Source: Neophaeotheca triangularis (Eukaryota). Taken from it: DNA of 64,000 bases. How positions within the stretch are numbered: the stretch's first letter is position 1; every line of letters starts with the position of its first letter. Shown piece after piece: positions 34,789 through 47,087 of the stretch. The stretch is from positions 1 through 64,000 of the forward strand of contig BAAIJX010000044.1 of assembly GCA_054600435.1 (NCBI GenBank), given 5' to 3'. The notes below the pieces were generated by a model, which did not search any database, was not told the origin of the DNA, and worked only from the letters and a program-made list of their open reading frames with translations. A program made the translations under genes and the position numbers.

Positions 34789-36738
34789 AAGGAGCTTCGC
34801 CGCGTATCGAACATATACACTAAATTTAGGTAACACATGTCTTGGGCAAGACCCTTAGCCTTATCGCCGACACGAAGTTTTCGAGCCCATTAACGGGCAG
34901 ACAGAAAGCTGAGCGCTGATACGTTGAGTAAAGCCCTAGGCTACAGGAACTACTTGAAAGACTGCCTAGAGATCACAGCCCGTTCACCAATCCTGAATAA
35001 AGCGCGCCTCTTCCTTACCCTCAAGCCGACCACGAAATCGCACAAAGCACCTATGTCGAAACCAGCTCATGTGAATGCTTGGGCAAAAGACCTGGCCGCA
35101 CACGTCAGCAGCACAATCTCGACTGCGGCGAGAGACACAAGAGGAGGGGCTGTAACATCGCGCCGTTACAAGAAGAGGCGGAAACCGCAACGAAGCTAGC
35201 AGTGGCAGCGTGCAGGATTGAAAGAGAACGGTAACCAAGAATACTCGGCTTAGGCAAACTATAGCAGGGAGATGGACATCAAAACGATCATGCCGATGCT
35301 TGGGTATCTGGTGAGAGACACCGAGTTAGAGACGACGCCAGCTGTTGGAAGATGGGCATCGATTCTGAAACAATCTGCTAGTGTTCCTTGGATGGCTTGC
35401 CGCGGGCTTTTGGGGTCTCGTAGAGGATACGCATAGAAGCAGCCTCTTTCCTTTGAACCAACCAGCTGCTTGAGGAACCTTGTTCGGCCCGAGGCTAGCA
35501 ACAGCCGTCGCGTGCATTTTTGACCGCAGAGACCATGGCAAACGAGCGACGACAGGACTCCTAGAGGCCCCGATTGGAATTGTTTTATGAGGCTGAGACG
35601 AGATTGTGGGAGCGAGAGCGTTCCCCTCAGTAAAAGACTGTTCGATGAGACGGCAAGCCAAGTAAGAATCCACCACAGCACGCAAATTGCGTTTCAGAGT
35701 GCTCGAGTTATTCTCAAGACGCAACGCCGATCATTCCCGTCTCTGGGCGACTTTACTAGGCTCCTTCGCGCAGATCGCCTAGAATTGTCGTCTACGGGGC
35801 TCGCAAGCCATGCTCTAGAAGGACGATTTAGCTGACCCGAAGACGAAGCGTCCAAGCCTTAAACTGCGGAGGCGTGTTGGGCCTCGACGAAACAGTAATC
35901 GCTAGCTGCATCTATCGATGTTCTCGGTGACGTCTAGGCGCAGCCTCGTTACTTACCCTGGGACAGCTAAGTAGCACGAATCGAGGAACAACACTTAGGT
36001 GGTAAGTGACTACCGCAAGTGGTTGAGCACGGGAGGGTTGGGCTGCCGGATAATGCAGCGATACTAGGAGTAATAAAAGCTTGGGAATAAGACGAGTGAC
36101 AAGCCCGACAGACAGAGTCGGGAACAATCTACGGTTGCTTAGGACTACGGAGTTTTTTGGGACAATTGGGAGAACATCGGCTGCTCGAGGCTTGAGCGAG
36201 CAGGGCAAGATTTCGGTGTCGAGCCCTGGAGACCAAACTGGGCATTGGCTTTTTCTAGGTTTCCATGCAATGTCACCGGGCTTAGAAAGAGGCAATGCAC
36301 CGTGGCCAGCATCAGGTTTTGCTAGAGTTTCGTTTGGATCAGAGCTTAGCCCAAGTGCATCGTCGCCCTATTGCTTGGTTGGAGCAAGCAGTTTTCCTCA
36401 ATATTATAAAACTCAATCATTTGCGATGGTTGCAATTCAAACCTAGAGCAGGTAAACATCTCAGCTTACCGCACTCGACACGATGAGGTGAAGTTCAAGT
36501 AAGCTCAACGGCTCCAGATCCGTTCTCGACCCTGATCTTCTCCCCCGCTCGATACCCTGCAGTAGCGCGAATGACGTTCTCATGACAGCCCCCAATGCGT
36601 CTTCCCCCAGCTCCCTCGTCCATCACGTTCACAGGTTCAACTTCGATTTTCTTCCTCCCGTCTTTCCCAATCAAATTCCACACATTTACCAATCTCACCA
36701 ATCGAACATTCCACCACCACCCTGGTCGTCACCACAAC

Positions 36739-36768
36739 CACCACCACCACCACCACCACCACCACCAC
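36739..36768 (+). repeat. (CAC)n microsatellite in the SDR 5' region
   Basis: About 10 tandem CCA/CAC units. Confidence 0.85.
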
Positions 36769-36816
36769 TACCAACGAACCCGCCTTTCCGCCCAATCTCC
36801 ACCAGTCACACCAACC

Positions 36817-37749
36817 ATGCCTCTCGAACGCAAACAGAAAAACATACTCCTAACCGGCGGAGCCCAAGGCATCGGCCGCGCAACCGCCCGACACCTCCTC
36901 TCGCTCCCGGCCAACCACAACCTCTACATCCTCGACATCGGGGCGGACGAGCTCGCCTACTGCGGCAAAACCTACCTCTCGGCCTACGCACCCCGGGTCG
37001 GCTGGAGCGTCGCCAACCTCCGAGAACCGTCCGAGATCCGCTCCGCCGTGAAGAAAGCCGCCGACTTCTTGGACGGGAGGATTGACGTTTTGATTTGCAA
37101 TGCCGGTATCGCGCGGCCGCATTTTACCGCCGGCGATGGGACGATGGAAGATCAGGCGACTGCGGAAGAGTGGCAAGCGTACGTCGAGACGAATTTGAGC
37201 GCGCCGTTCTTGGTTAGCCAGGCGGTGATTCCTTTTATGAAAGCGCAGGCGAGTTCGCAGCCGGGGCAATCGGGTGACGCGAGGCATGGGGAGGATAGGT
37301 TGGAGGAGGGCGGGTGTATTGTGCATGTCAGCAGCTTTAGGGCTCATATGAGTGATGCCAATTGTGAAGGTTATGGGGCTACGAAGATGGGGTTGGGAGG
37401 GTTGACGCAGGCGATGGCGGTTAGCGGGCAGCAGTGGGGGATTAGGTGTAATATGGTTAGTCCGGGCACGGTGAAGGTTGGGCAGGAGTGTAGGGAGGGG
37501 GATGAAAGGGCGAAGGAGTTGGCCGGTGGGGAGATCGGGGGGTTGCCGCATGAGGGGGAATGGGAGAAGTGGAGGACGGCGGTCTGGGATGAGACGAGGG
37601 GGGAGGCTTATGATGAGGCACACCCGACTGGGAGGGTTGGCAGGGGTGAGGATATTGCTGAGGCGATTGAATTTGTCATGGGTGCTGGGTTTGTGAGTGG
37701 GCAGGAGATCGTCGTTGATGGGGGGAAGAGTAAGAAGAAGACGGGCTGA
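36817..37749 (+). CDS. Short-chain dehydrogenase/reductase
   Basis: TGGAQGIG Rossmann motif, CNAG, SS, YGATK (YxxxK), SPG, VDGG. Confidence 0.95.
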   Translation: MPLERKQKNILLTGGAQGIGRATARHLLSLPANHNLYILDIGADELAYCGKTYLSAYAPRVGWSVANLREPSEIRSAVKKAADFLDGRIDVLICNAGIARPHFTAGDGTMEDQATAEEWQAYVETNLSAPFLVSQAVIPFMKAQASSQPGQSGDARHGEDRLEEGGCIVHVSSFRAHMSDANCEGYGATKMGLGGLTQAMAVSGQQWGIRCNMVSPGTVKVGQECREGDERAKELAGGEIGGLPHEGEWEKWRTAVWDETRGEAYDEAHPTGRVGRGEDIAEAIEFVMGAGFVSGQEIVVDGGKSKKKTG

Positions 37750-38101
37750 ATGTATGGAAGAGAGGAGTCTGGTTCGAAAGAAGCTGGCTGGAATAGGTGA
37801 AAGCCAGTTTTTGAGCCATCGGGAGCCCGAAATGGGGCATCTGAGCTGCCACACGACCGACTACGAAGCGTGACGAAAGCGTGATTAAAGAGCGATGGTG
37901 TTCGGCGTAGCTAAACAGCGCTACATCTAGACGTCTAAAAGTAGTATCCACGACCCAGCAAACATCAGCAAAGGGTATCTATTCATTGTCCATGTCCGTG
38001 AGATGTCTTACACCCGTCTCTTCCGGTTCCATCTCGTCAATGTCCCACTCGTACAAGTCCACATCATGCCTTTTTGTACAAGCCAACCCAGCCCATCACC
38101 T

Positions 38102-38878
38102 CTACCCCTTCTTTCCCCCAAACTCCCCACTAACCTCCATAGTCCCCCCAATAAACGCCCTCAACGCCTTCCACCTCTCAGCCTGGCTCGCACCCACCCC
38201 ACTCCCATCCCCACCGCCCTTCCCACCATCTCCCCCAGCAACTCCCTCCCCCCTCGTATCCCTCTTAGCCATCTCAACAAGATTCCCCCTCATCCTCTGC
38301 ACCTCCTTCAACTCCACTTCCCGCTTCCTCTTCATAGCACCCGGCCGATGCCTCAAACTCTTCATAACCATCTTCCCCTCAGCGCCACCCTTCCTACTCC
38401 CACGCTTCCTCGCCTTGCGCATCCCCTCCGGCAGAGCCTCAACCTCCACATCCCCCACCCCATCCCCTCCCTCGCCACCAACATCAGAACCCGACGACAA
38501 TCCCTCCCACTCATCCGACCCCTCGCCCTCTTCCAGCTCAGGCAAAGCCTCTCCCAACCCCCCAAGCGACTCAACAGCAGCCATCTTCTTCCCCGGCCGT
38601 CTCCGCTTCCTCCCCACGCCATTTCCACTCCCTCCAGCACTCCCGACTCCTGGCTTACTTATCCCTCCTGAACGTACTTTTGACAATAACCTCTCATGCC
38701 TCAACGCGACTTTCTCTTTCTTGTTCGGTTTGTAGCTTTCCTCGGGTGTGTACGTGCTACGGGGGTGCGATATCGCATCTCGCGAGCTTTTGGCGGGCGT
38801 TTGGGCAGTGGGAGGGGCGGAGAGGGCGCCGCGGGCACGAGCGCGGAGCGGGGTGCGTTTTTTCGCTGTTGGGGCCAT
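38102..38878 (-). CDS. SLX9: Slx9-like ribosome biogenesis protein
   Basis: Basic protein with KKEKVALRHERLLSKV, LGEALP, KRKREVELKEVQRM and RWKALRAFI blocks typical of fungal Slx9. Confidence 0.75.
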   Translation of the reverse strand: MAPTAKKRTPLRARARGALSAPPTAQTPAKSSRDAISHPRSTYTPEESYKPNKKEKVALRHERLLSKVRSGGISKPGVGSAGGSGNGVGRKRRRPGKKMAAVESLGGLGEALPELEEGEGSDEWEGLSSGSDVGGEGGDGVGDVEVEALPEGMRKARKRGSRKGGAEGKMVMKSLRHRPGAMKRKREVELKEVQRMRGNLVEMAKRDTRGEGVAGGDGGKGGGDGSGVGASQAERWKALRAFIGGTMEVSGEFGGKKG

Positions 38879-40036
38879 GATTGTTTGCTTTGTTGGTGGT
38901 GGTGGTGGGTTTTGAGGAGTGTTTGTAGTTTGGTGGAGGGGGGGGGTTTGTCGCGCCGCGGCGTTGGTAGGGCAGGGGAAGGTGATTAAGGCTGCGGGAT
39001 GGGCTGTTATTGGGTTGGCGGGTTGGTGGTGGTGTGTCGGCTGTTGGGTGTTGATTTTGTGCGAGTCTGGATTCGATGGAGGGGAAATTTTGGGCGCGAG
39101 TCAGTCTGTGTCAATACATTGCGGGGAGCGGGAGTGCCAAGAGCTGGCCGAACTTCACTTCTGCTTTCGTCGGCTTGTTGCCGCTTTAGGAAACAGGTTT
39201 GAAAGATTATGATGATGGCTCTTTGGTGGTGTTGAAAGGCTTCTTTGGTGACATTCTGATCTATGGCTGGCATGCACCATCATCTTGACTTCTTAGCTGC
39301 ATAAATGAAAGACAGTATACTCTCGCCAATCATTGACTCGAGGAATATGCTATCTAGCAGTGTACTAGCTCTAGCTTACTGTCTCGCGCCCGTTAAGGAT
39401 CCAATGTGAGAATACGAGCGGGATCTGCCAAAGAGCATCCAACTTCGAGGAAATATTTCAGTTTTACCCAGTGCTATTGCTTTACTTACGAGTCTTGAAC
39501 ACACTTCCACCGCTTATGCGACGAGCATTGTCTTGTTTATGAGGTGCCGACGTGATAATGCTACACGACTAGCGAAGGGTACTGAGATTCGATGAAGATC
39601 TCTCTTGTGGATCGAGCCCGCTCGGCCTTTCTGTCCCGAGGTGATGGGCTCCGCGAGGGGTGACACTCTATTCGAGTATAAAAGGCACAGCGCGTGGGAT
39701 CGTGGGGGTATACCAATTATCTTGTCTGCCGACACTCTACTGCCGACACTCTACTGAAAACGACTTTTCCAGAAGAGAGCATTTCGTACATTCTGCTAAG
39801 AAACACCTCTCGATTCGCCCCGATGCCCGGCGCTGCTTAGCTGGTGCTGTAATTCTGTAATCTCCAGCCACAAGTACAGTCGGCGGCTGTATATCATGCA
39901 GGCGCTCTACACGATTGTGCGATGCAAAGTCATGGTGCTATCTCTTTGAGCCTACACACTATCAGGTTTGTTCTACCGCCTGCGCTCACTCCCTATAATC
40001 AATCACGTGTGCATTGTCCCTTTCTCTTTCTACTCC

Positions 40037-40438
40037 ATCTTCACGAGTGAAATGCTGTTGCGCTGCTGAGCGGAGTTCAAGATCCGTTCCTCGACTTCGA
40101 GGGCATCATCTCGTCGCGATAGGTCGTTAGGGAAGAATTTGCTCGGTAAGAGGTCGCGCTGCCCGACAGGTTGCTCGTCTTTAGCTGTCGATGCGACGAC
40201 CCTCTAACTCTGATGCGAAGCGCTTAAGAAAGGCTGGGCTTGCCTGTGTGATTCGCCTCAAGATTTGGGTAGGGCCCCGAGCCGCGCTCTCTCATCCTTT
40301 GAGCGAAGCTTGAGAGCTGACTGTCATCTTATACCGGTCAGCAGTTAATGCATCTCGCTTCCCTACTACAGCTTCCATGGAAAGTTGTCCCTTTAATGTT
40401 TCCCCATTCGTAATTACTCATTCAAATTCTGCGAAGAT
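40037..40438 (+). ncRNA. Candidate ~400-nt structured ncRNA (unidentified)
   Basis: Starts after a pyrimidine tract like those before U1 and U4; terminal helix ATCTTC/GAAGAT; multiple internal helices. Confidence 0.3.
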
Positions 40439-41298
40439 CAACTACTAAGGCGTGCCTTTCGAGAAAGGCCGCTGTGCCAATGTTTCTCATGGGGGAATGC
40501 ACGCAGACCATGTAGGCGTCTCAAACACTCAGCTTGCAGTGTTTGTTGAGAAAGGTACGGTACTAGACACGAAAATGCGATGGCGCGTTTTGTCACTCAC
40601 ACATTCAAAGCGATTCGCGTAGAGTAGCACTGTTCACATACTAAACGTTTGTGCCGTCTTTATTCGGCTGGGTATTCGTCGCACTGCTCGCCCGCAGTCT
40701 GTCCCAATCGACCATGTATACTTGCTCCAGATCTTTGCCCTCCTCCCCCTCCTCTGCGATTTCGAGTTTTCATAGTGACCTCGAGATCGATCCGTTTTGC
40801 GAAAATGGGTTGCAGTTCGTCCTCCAAGTTTGACGAGGCTCCGGGCCTGAGATGGTTGGCTTCCGAGTTCAGCCAGGTATCGATAGATGCTAAGGGGTAT
40901 GAGACTGAGGTTTTAGCGTTAAGAGAGCTGCGTCTCCGTGGGGCTCAATAGATGCTCCAAAAGCTAAAGGAGTGCCGAGTCTGTTATTGGTATTTGCGAA
41001 TTTAAGTTAGCGATCGTTAGACGCTCCCGAGGTCATTACTGATGTCTAGGAACATGAGCCGTGAGTACATGAAGATGATTTGAGCCGTAGCCATAGTCCA
41101 GTATTGTAGCTGTAGCCATAGTCAGGCGAGCTTCAAGTGAATAATTGAACGGTAATCTTGAAACACCTACCAGATCTACTACTCCCGACCTGCCTGCTGG
41201 AATGTCGAGGGTATACATACCGCACAAAAACTTCCACTCTTGGGGGCTGTGACTCCCGAGTTGCAGCCCCCCGTTCTACCCGAAAGGGTAGTCTGTAA

Positions 41299-41402
41299 GC
41301 CCTGGGGGCATCTGGTCAATTTGAAACAATACAGAGAAGATTAGCATGGTCCCTGCACTAAGGATGACACATGTAAGCTAAAGTGAGCTAAAAACTTTTT
41401 TT
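41299..41402 (+). ncRNA. U6: U6 snRNA variant, copy 3 (may start at ~41242)
   Basis: ACAGAGA, AGC and ISL intact apart from one C>T; altered 5' stem and 3' tail; B box GTTCGAGCC 41420-41428. Confidence 0.9.
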
Positions 41403-43402
41403 GTTTTTGCAGGTCTCGCGTTCGAGCCTGCATAGTCTCAGCAGAGCTGGGATTTCGTGAGCAGTCTTACTACTGCATGATCGATACTCGCTATTTTTTG
41501 TATGAGGTCTTGACTCACTGTTTGTCAAATAATCTCCTGCAAGCATCGAATGGACTTGTATTTAAGCATTATGTGAATTAATCAGGTCAATTTTCATTTT
41601 CGATGGCCGGCCCTGTTTCTCAGCAGCGATTTTGCAACCTGCAAGTTCTACAGCTTCACGCTCCACAAGGGAAGCGCTCCTATGTGAGAACTATACGTAA
41701 ACCTCAGCACTCGGTAACAGTAATACCAATTAGCAGGAACGGGTTGACAGCGAGTGTTCAAGACGAATCCCTACAACAAGCATGGAGGCATAATGCATAG
41801 CTCTACAACCTTCAACAAACGATCCCGCAAGATCTCGCTCAAGAATCGATCGTCTAAGCCGAGTCATCGTTTCCCACATCACTCTTACAGCATTGCGTTC
41901 ACTTCTATCAACAGAGCCACAGCCCCACCTATAAGCTATGCGGTACTGCGCTCAAACAAATCTCGAGAACCCTAATTCCGCAAGACAAAGACTAACGACA
42001 AGGTCAAAAGCTCCAGCCAGCTCCTTACGAGGACCAGTCCCGAGCCATACATCGCTATCTCACTAGGACTTGAGAGAAACGAACACCTGCTCGAAGCCCA
42101 CCAGGGAACCTATAGTGCCCGAGATGTCTGCGTGCTCAGAATCAACGTGAACGAATAGACTGTCGTCGGTTGCTAGGAGCGTGCCAGTAATGTTAAGAGA
42201 ACAATCACACGGCCAAAGCACTCGATCCAGAACACGCTCTGGTATTGGGAAAGAACATTGATATTGCGATAGCCACAACACAAGACGAAGAAGTTTGAAC
42301 TCTTAGACATAACAAAAAGCCAATAAACCAGCCGATACCCATTACCCCTTGACAAGTCCACGGCATCACCGTCCGCAATCCCACGCGCCCACGTCCCGTG
42401 TAGTGCGAACAAATCTCAAAACCTTACTCCCTCCCAACCTTCCATCCCTGCCAGCAAAAACAACCGCCATCGCAATAACCTATACCCTCCCCACGCCGAA
42501 CATCCATCCCCCCACCCTCTCCACTCAACCAAGAAAAGCCAGTACGAGACGCAATGCCCTAACCACCGGGAAAGATCAGCACAGTCCACAACCCTCACAC
42601 CCCGCCCAACAAAACCGCCTCAACAGCCAAACAAACAGCTACGCAGCACGGCAATCCATCCCCTCTCACTATCACTATCAAAAGACTCACCCCAAAACCC
42701 TCGGGTTCGAAAAAGCTGACTACCGCCCCCTCTCACACCGCTAACAGCAAACGAAGCTAGTGGCATGCCAAGCACAGCTATCCCCTAGCTTTGACGATGT
42801 CGAAAAGCGAGACTACCGAGAGGGGGAAAGACAGCGAGACGACATTAATCTGGAGCCTTGGGTGGTTCGGGTTCATTGAGGTTTGAGTGGGATGTCGCGG
42901 CTGGGAAATTTTGGTCTTGCTGTGTAGTGCTGTGTAACATCTGTTTTACCACTGTGTTTCTTAGTTGCGATTGCTGTTCTCGGTGGGGGGGGTGGAGGGT
43001 AGGCGTGGCTAGGCGTGATGGTGGTGGCTGCGTTGTTGCGTCTTTTGGGCAGTAGTAGGAAGAGAGGTTGGAGGGGGGGATTAAATTGTAGGTGCTGGGA
43101 GAGAGGCGGTAGGCTGAACCTACGCTATAGAAGATTCGGAGACGGACATAGCCAGAAGCTTGGATGTGGCGTGAAAAATCGTCGAGGTTTTGGTAAGCAA
43201 GGGAAGCGTGAAACTCGGCAATTTTACGAAAACAACTGAGAGTAGGAGGGAAGATGCCCGTACTAACTCGAGCTAAATACGCCGAGCTTTCCCGACTGCA
43301 CAGCGCAGCCGAAACATCATCCCCAATAGCCATAACCTCCCAGCAAACCCTTCCAGTCTCCATCCCCCACGCCCTCTCCCAGATCCGCAAACCCAGCTCC
43401 AC

Positions 43403-45817
43403 CTACTCCATCCCTCCATCACCCTCACCCTCGCCTCCATCCCCCTCACTCGCACCCGGGCCAACACCCTCCCAAGCCCTCAATACAGCAACCTCCCTCC
43501 TAATCCTGCGACGACGGCTCTTCGCGCTCTCCCCATCGAGCCTGCCGTGCTGGATACTGAATTGCGCCGAGCCCTGGTCGTCGATGCGGCGGGAGAGGGA
43601 CCATTTCAGGGGTTGGCCGGCCTTGTTGGTGGAAGGGAGGCCGAAAGGAGCGGGAGCGGCGGGAGCAGGAGTGTCGGTGGCAGGAGAAGGGGTAGTAGTA
43701 GCCGGGACGGTGACGTCGCGCGCTCCATCATTAGCGCCCCGAGTCTCCCCGTCCACAACATCTCCATCTTGTGCCGCAGGAGCAGCACCGCCCGCTTTGC
43801 TGCCAAGCGAACTCTTCCAAACCTCCAAACTCTTCCCAAAAGCCCCCTCAGCCCTCTCAACCTCATCCCCAGACCTGCCCAACGCAGCGAGCGCCTGCGA
43901 AACATCAGCCCGGACTCCATCTCTTTTGGCAAAAGCCTCCAGCGCCTCTGGATCGTTGAAATCGACCCCTGCAGCTCTTGCCTCCTTCGTCAGCCTTAGA
44001 GCTCTCGCGCGCTGGGGACCGGGAGGAATGAAAGCGGCTGCGACGAAGAGGTTGGAAGTTTCGGGGTTGGGTGGGGGGAGAGGCGTGGTGGCGAAACCTT
44101 TGGCGGCGCTTGCGCGTTTGCCTTCCGCGATGATGGAGGCGAGGGCGGCGTCGGCGAGGGCATGTTTGCGCGCGTGGTCGAGGCGCCGGCGGCCGTCTTG
44201 TTCGGGGATATAGCCTGGTGCGTAGTAGGCGTCCTCGTTGTAGCCGTAGCGGGTGGCGGATGGTGCGGTGGCGGGGCGGGTGAGGGAGGTGGCCGGGAGG
44301 GCGGTGGCGACGGTCTTTGTGGTGGTGTTTGTGGTGGGGTGGGTTGTGCTGTGTGTGGTGGACTCGGTGGTGACGGCGAGGGGAGCGGCATCGTGTGTGA
44401 CAAAGGCTGCATCTTGCTTGGTGGGGGTGAAGTCGTTGTCTTCCTGTGTGTCTTGGAGGCTATTGGAAGACCGAGTAGCGCGAGTGGTGACAGATCGCTT
44501 CTCACTTGCAGTTCTCTTACCAACTCCATCACTCTTCTCGAGGCGACGAGCAGCAGCTTTGGCCATGCGCGCTTTGCGAGCATTCTCCGTCTGAGCCCTA
44601 CGTTGCTCTGGTGTAGCGTGAGAGGCTCTGGTAGCTTTGGCAGGAGAAGCCGGTGCATCTGTTGTGGCTGGGGCTTGAGTTTTACCTCTCTTGCGAACAG
44701 ACTTGGCAGCGACCTTCTCAGCATCCTGCTTAGCCTTGAATGCGGCCATCTCGGCTTTGTGTTCGGCCCTCACTTTGCGCAGTCTGAGCTTGCGCGCCAT
44801 CAAATCCGCATTTTCTTTGTCCTTTTGCTGCTTTTCGGCTGAGCGACGGGCATTGTAAGCAGCCAGACCGGCGGTGATCTTGCGTTTGGGCTGGCCTTTG
44901 TCGTTAAGCTCATCTTGGTACTCACGAACACTACTCGTGGCGACGAAAGATGGGAGAGTCTGACGACGGGCGTCGTTGTTGGCGGTCTTGGCTGGTCCTG
45001 GATCACTCGCACGACGATTCTTGAGGTCGGAGGCGTCGGCAGGAATTTCCTCAATCGACTCGTCGTCGTCAGTCTCTTCCGTTAGATCCATAGGATCGTC
45101 GCCATCGTCGTCGATGATGCTGGCTGTGTGGTTGTCGTTGCTGGCTCCGTCACCAACAGACTGCTCATCGTCATCGCCTGCGCTGCGAGCACGACGACGG
45201 AGATGGTCGGAAAAGGGGGCACGTATGGTTGGCTTTGGGCTGTAGTGAGTGAGTCCACCGTGAGCACCCTCAGCAGCCGCCGTCACCTCCTCGTCATCTC
45301 CACCCATATCGACATCGTCACCAGCACCGCGTTTGCCACTCTCATACACTCCATCCATCTGCGGAACCGGCGAAGCAAACGACAAACTCCCCCAAGAAGC
45401 CTGTCCCGACATACTGGACTGCATCTTGCGCTTCTTGTATCGCTGAGGCTGGTTTTCAATCCACTCTCTGGGGATGTTCTGGTCCTTGGGGATCTCGTAA
45501 GTGGCACCGCGGAAATGATAAACCTCCGTGTCAGAGACTTGGGTTGGTTTCCTTCTGTCGCCTTTGAGTGTGTCGGTGCCGTCGATGGCCAAACTCTTCT
45601 GGAGGGCGCGTTTTCTCTTCACAGTCACTGGGTCGTCTGTGGGAAGAATGGTGAGGGGGCTGTCGGTGTTGTGGTCTTCACCAGCCGCACCTTCTGTCGA
45701 AGATGTGTTGTTGTTGGTGTTGTTGTTGTTATTCTGTGCTGAAGTTGTCGTAGGAACAAGTGAAGATGTCGCGGTGACGGAGGAGAGTCGGGGGAGAGAG
45801 TGTCGCGTTGCTACCAT
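43403..45817 (-). CDS. Hypothetical low-complexity, probably nuclear protein (804 aa)
   Basis: Long ORF with acidic, basic helical and Thr-rich segments. Confidence 0.8.
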   Translation of the reverse strand: MVATRHSLPRLSSVTATSSLVPTTTSAQNNNNNTNNNTSSTEGAAGEDHNTDSPLTILPTDDPVTVKRKRALQKSLAIDGTDTLKGDRRKPTQVSDTEVYHFRGATYEIPKDQNIPREWIENQPQRYKKRKMQSSMSGQASWGSLSFASPVPQMDGVYESGKRGAGDDVDMGGDDEEVTAAAEGAHGGLTHYSPKPTIRAPFSDHLRRRARSAGDDDEQSVGDGASNDNHTASIIDDDGDDPMDLTEETDDDESIEEIPADASDLKNRRASDPGPAKTANNDARRQTLPSFVATSSVREYQDELNDKGQPKRKITAGLAAYNARRSAEKQQKDKENADLMARKLRLRKVRAEHKAEMAAFKAKQDAEKVAAKSVRKRGKTQAPATTDAPASPAKATRASHATPEQRRAQTENARKARMAKAAARRLEKSDGVGKRTASEKRSVTTRATRSSNSLQDTQEDNDFTPTKQDAAFVTHDAAPLAVTTESTTHSTTHPTTNTTTKTVATALPATSLTRPATAPSATRYGYNEDAYYAPGYIPEQDGRRRLDHARKHALADAALASIIAEGKRASAAKGFATTPLPPPNPETSNLFVAAAFIPPGPQRARALRLTKEARAAGVDFNDPEALEAFAKRDGVRADVSQALAALGRSGDEVERAEGAFGKSLEVWKSSLGSKAGGAAPAAQDGDVVDGETRGANDGARDVTVPATTTPSPATDTPAPAAPAPFGLPSTNKAGQPLKWSLSRRIDDQGSAQFSIQHGRLDGESAKSRRRRIRREVAVLRAWEGVGPGASEGDGGEGEGDGGME

Positions 45818-47087
45818 TGTTTTTTGTAAAGGTGAGAGCCTAGCTGGAAGAAGGAAGGCGGGGGGGATGACTGCCTAGGCCAGACACTAGCGCACACACG
45901 TGACGGTGGTTGCTATGGCAGTGTGTGACGCGCACCGAAGTCGAGCCGGATGGTAGAGAGTAACAAAGAATGATTATTATGCAAAAAAAACCTGATGTTG
46001 ACACAGTGAAGAAGGAAAGAGCGACTCATAAAGGTTGAATGTCGTGAAGTTGAAGTGAAGTCGAGACAGAAAACACACACCAATCCCGAACATGGCTAGT
46101 GGCGAGCTGCACGGTGCGTATGCAGCTTGTATGATTGGCCAGAGTCGCACAGTGTCTCCACATCGCCAAGCCGCTGTCTCGAGTGGGTGTCTTGTAACCT
46201 CCCGCTCCCGCGATCTTTATCTGACGCCCGTATCAATGAATCGACACAGTACAAAGACATCAGTATCGTTTATTGAAATACCGAATCTTGTTACTTGACT
46301 TGTATCGTGAAAAAACAGAAGCTTCAAGCAGACGAAATACTGTTCGCCTCGTCTGCTAACTGTGTACATAACGAAATTTGGTCTGAGTACTTCTTCGCTG
46401 CTGTAAATATATAAGTGCTAATGATCCGTCTGTAGAACATGGCCCATTCTGTCAGCAATTGTAAGAAGACACCGGAGAAAGGAGGCAAATAGTATTGCAG
46501 TGCTCTCGACAATACGGCTTAACAATCTGGCTTCCTTTGTCCGAGAGCCCTCGCTCGCCAGCTAGAACCATCAACCAAACCGCTGGAGAAGACCTGTGTC
46601 CCGAAAAGGCATTCCCACTACACCTCCTGCAACGATCCAGAACAGGAAAACCGTTTCTCATAAGAAACCCCCGAGGCCCGACGTCTGCTAGCTGAACCCA
46701 AGAAACCGCTGATAAATCTTCCAGAAAACCATGATGAGATAAATGCCACCGATCGATCCGCAAAATGCAGTCTCTCCTCATAAGATAGCACCGATGCCGA
46801 CGCAATGAACCCAGAATCGTTTGGGAATCGTCACGTAAATGCATCGTTCGAAGGGAAAAAGCTCGGTCGCCCAGACCGAGCTCGGTGGAAAGGTGTCCGC
46901 TCCACAGAGGCCGTCGAAACACACCGCGGCCCTTTGACGCAGAGCCGGGAAACCCCCTCACCACATCTCATCAACACCTAGAACCCACAGCTAGCAAGAC
47001 CCACGACCAAAACCCTACACCAGCTCCCCACAGCCAAAACACAGAACCGAGTCCAGCACTACCGCCCAGACCCCCCTCGTCTCCTTT

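Noticed and set aside
36595..36816. Poly-His N-terminal extension of the SDR
   Set aside because: Explained by a CAC microsatellite upstream; the ATG at 36817 directly precedes the Rossmann motif.
39205..39262. Box C/D snoRNA (ATGATGA..CTGA with a short terminal stem)
   Set aside because: Only ~55 nt and I cannot identify an rRNA-complementary guide.
36850..44842. Long antisense ORFs (36850-37854, 37986-38735, 43254-44213, 44162-44842)
   Set aside because: Shadows of GC-rich real genes on the opposite strand.
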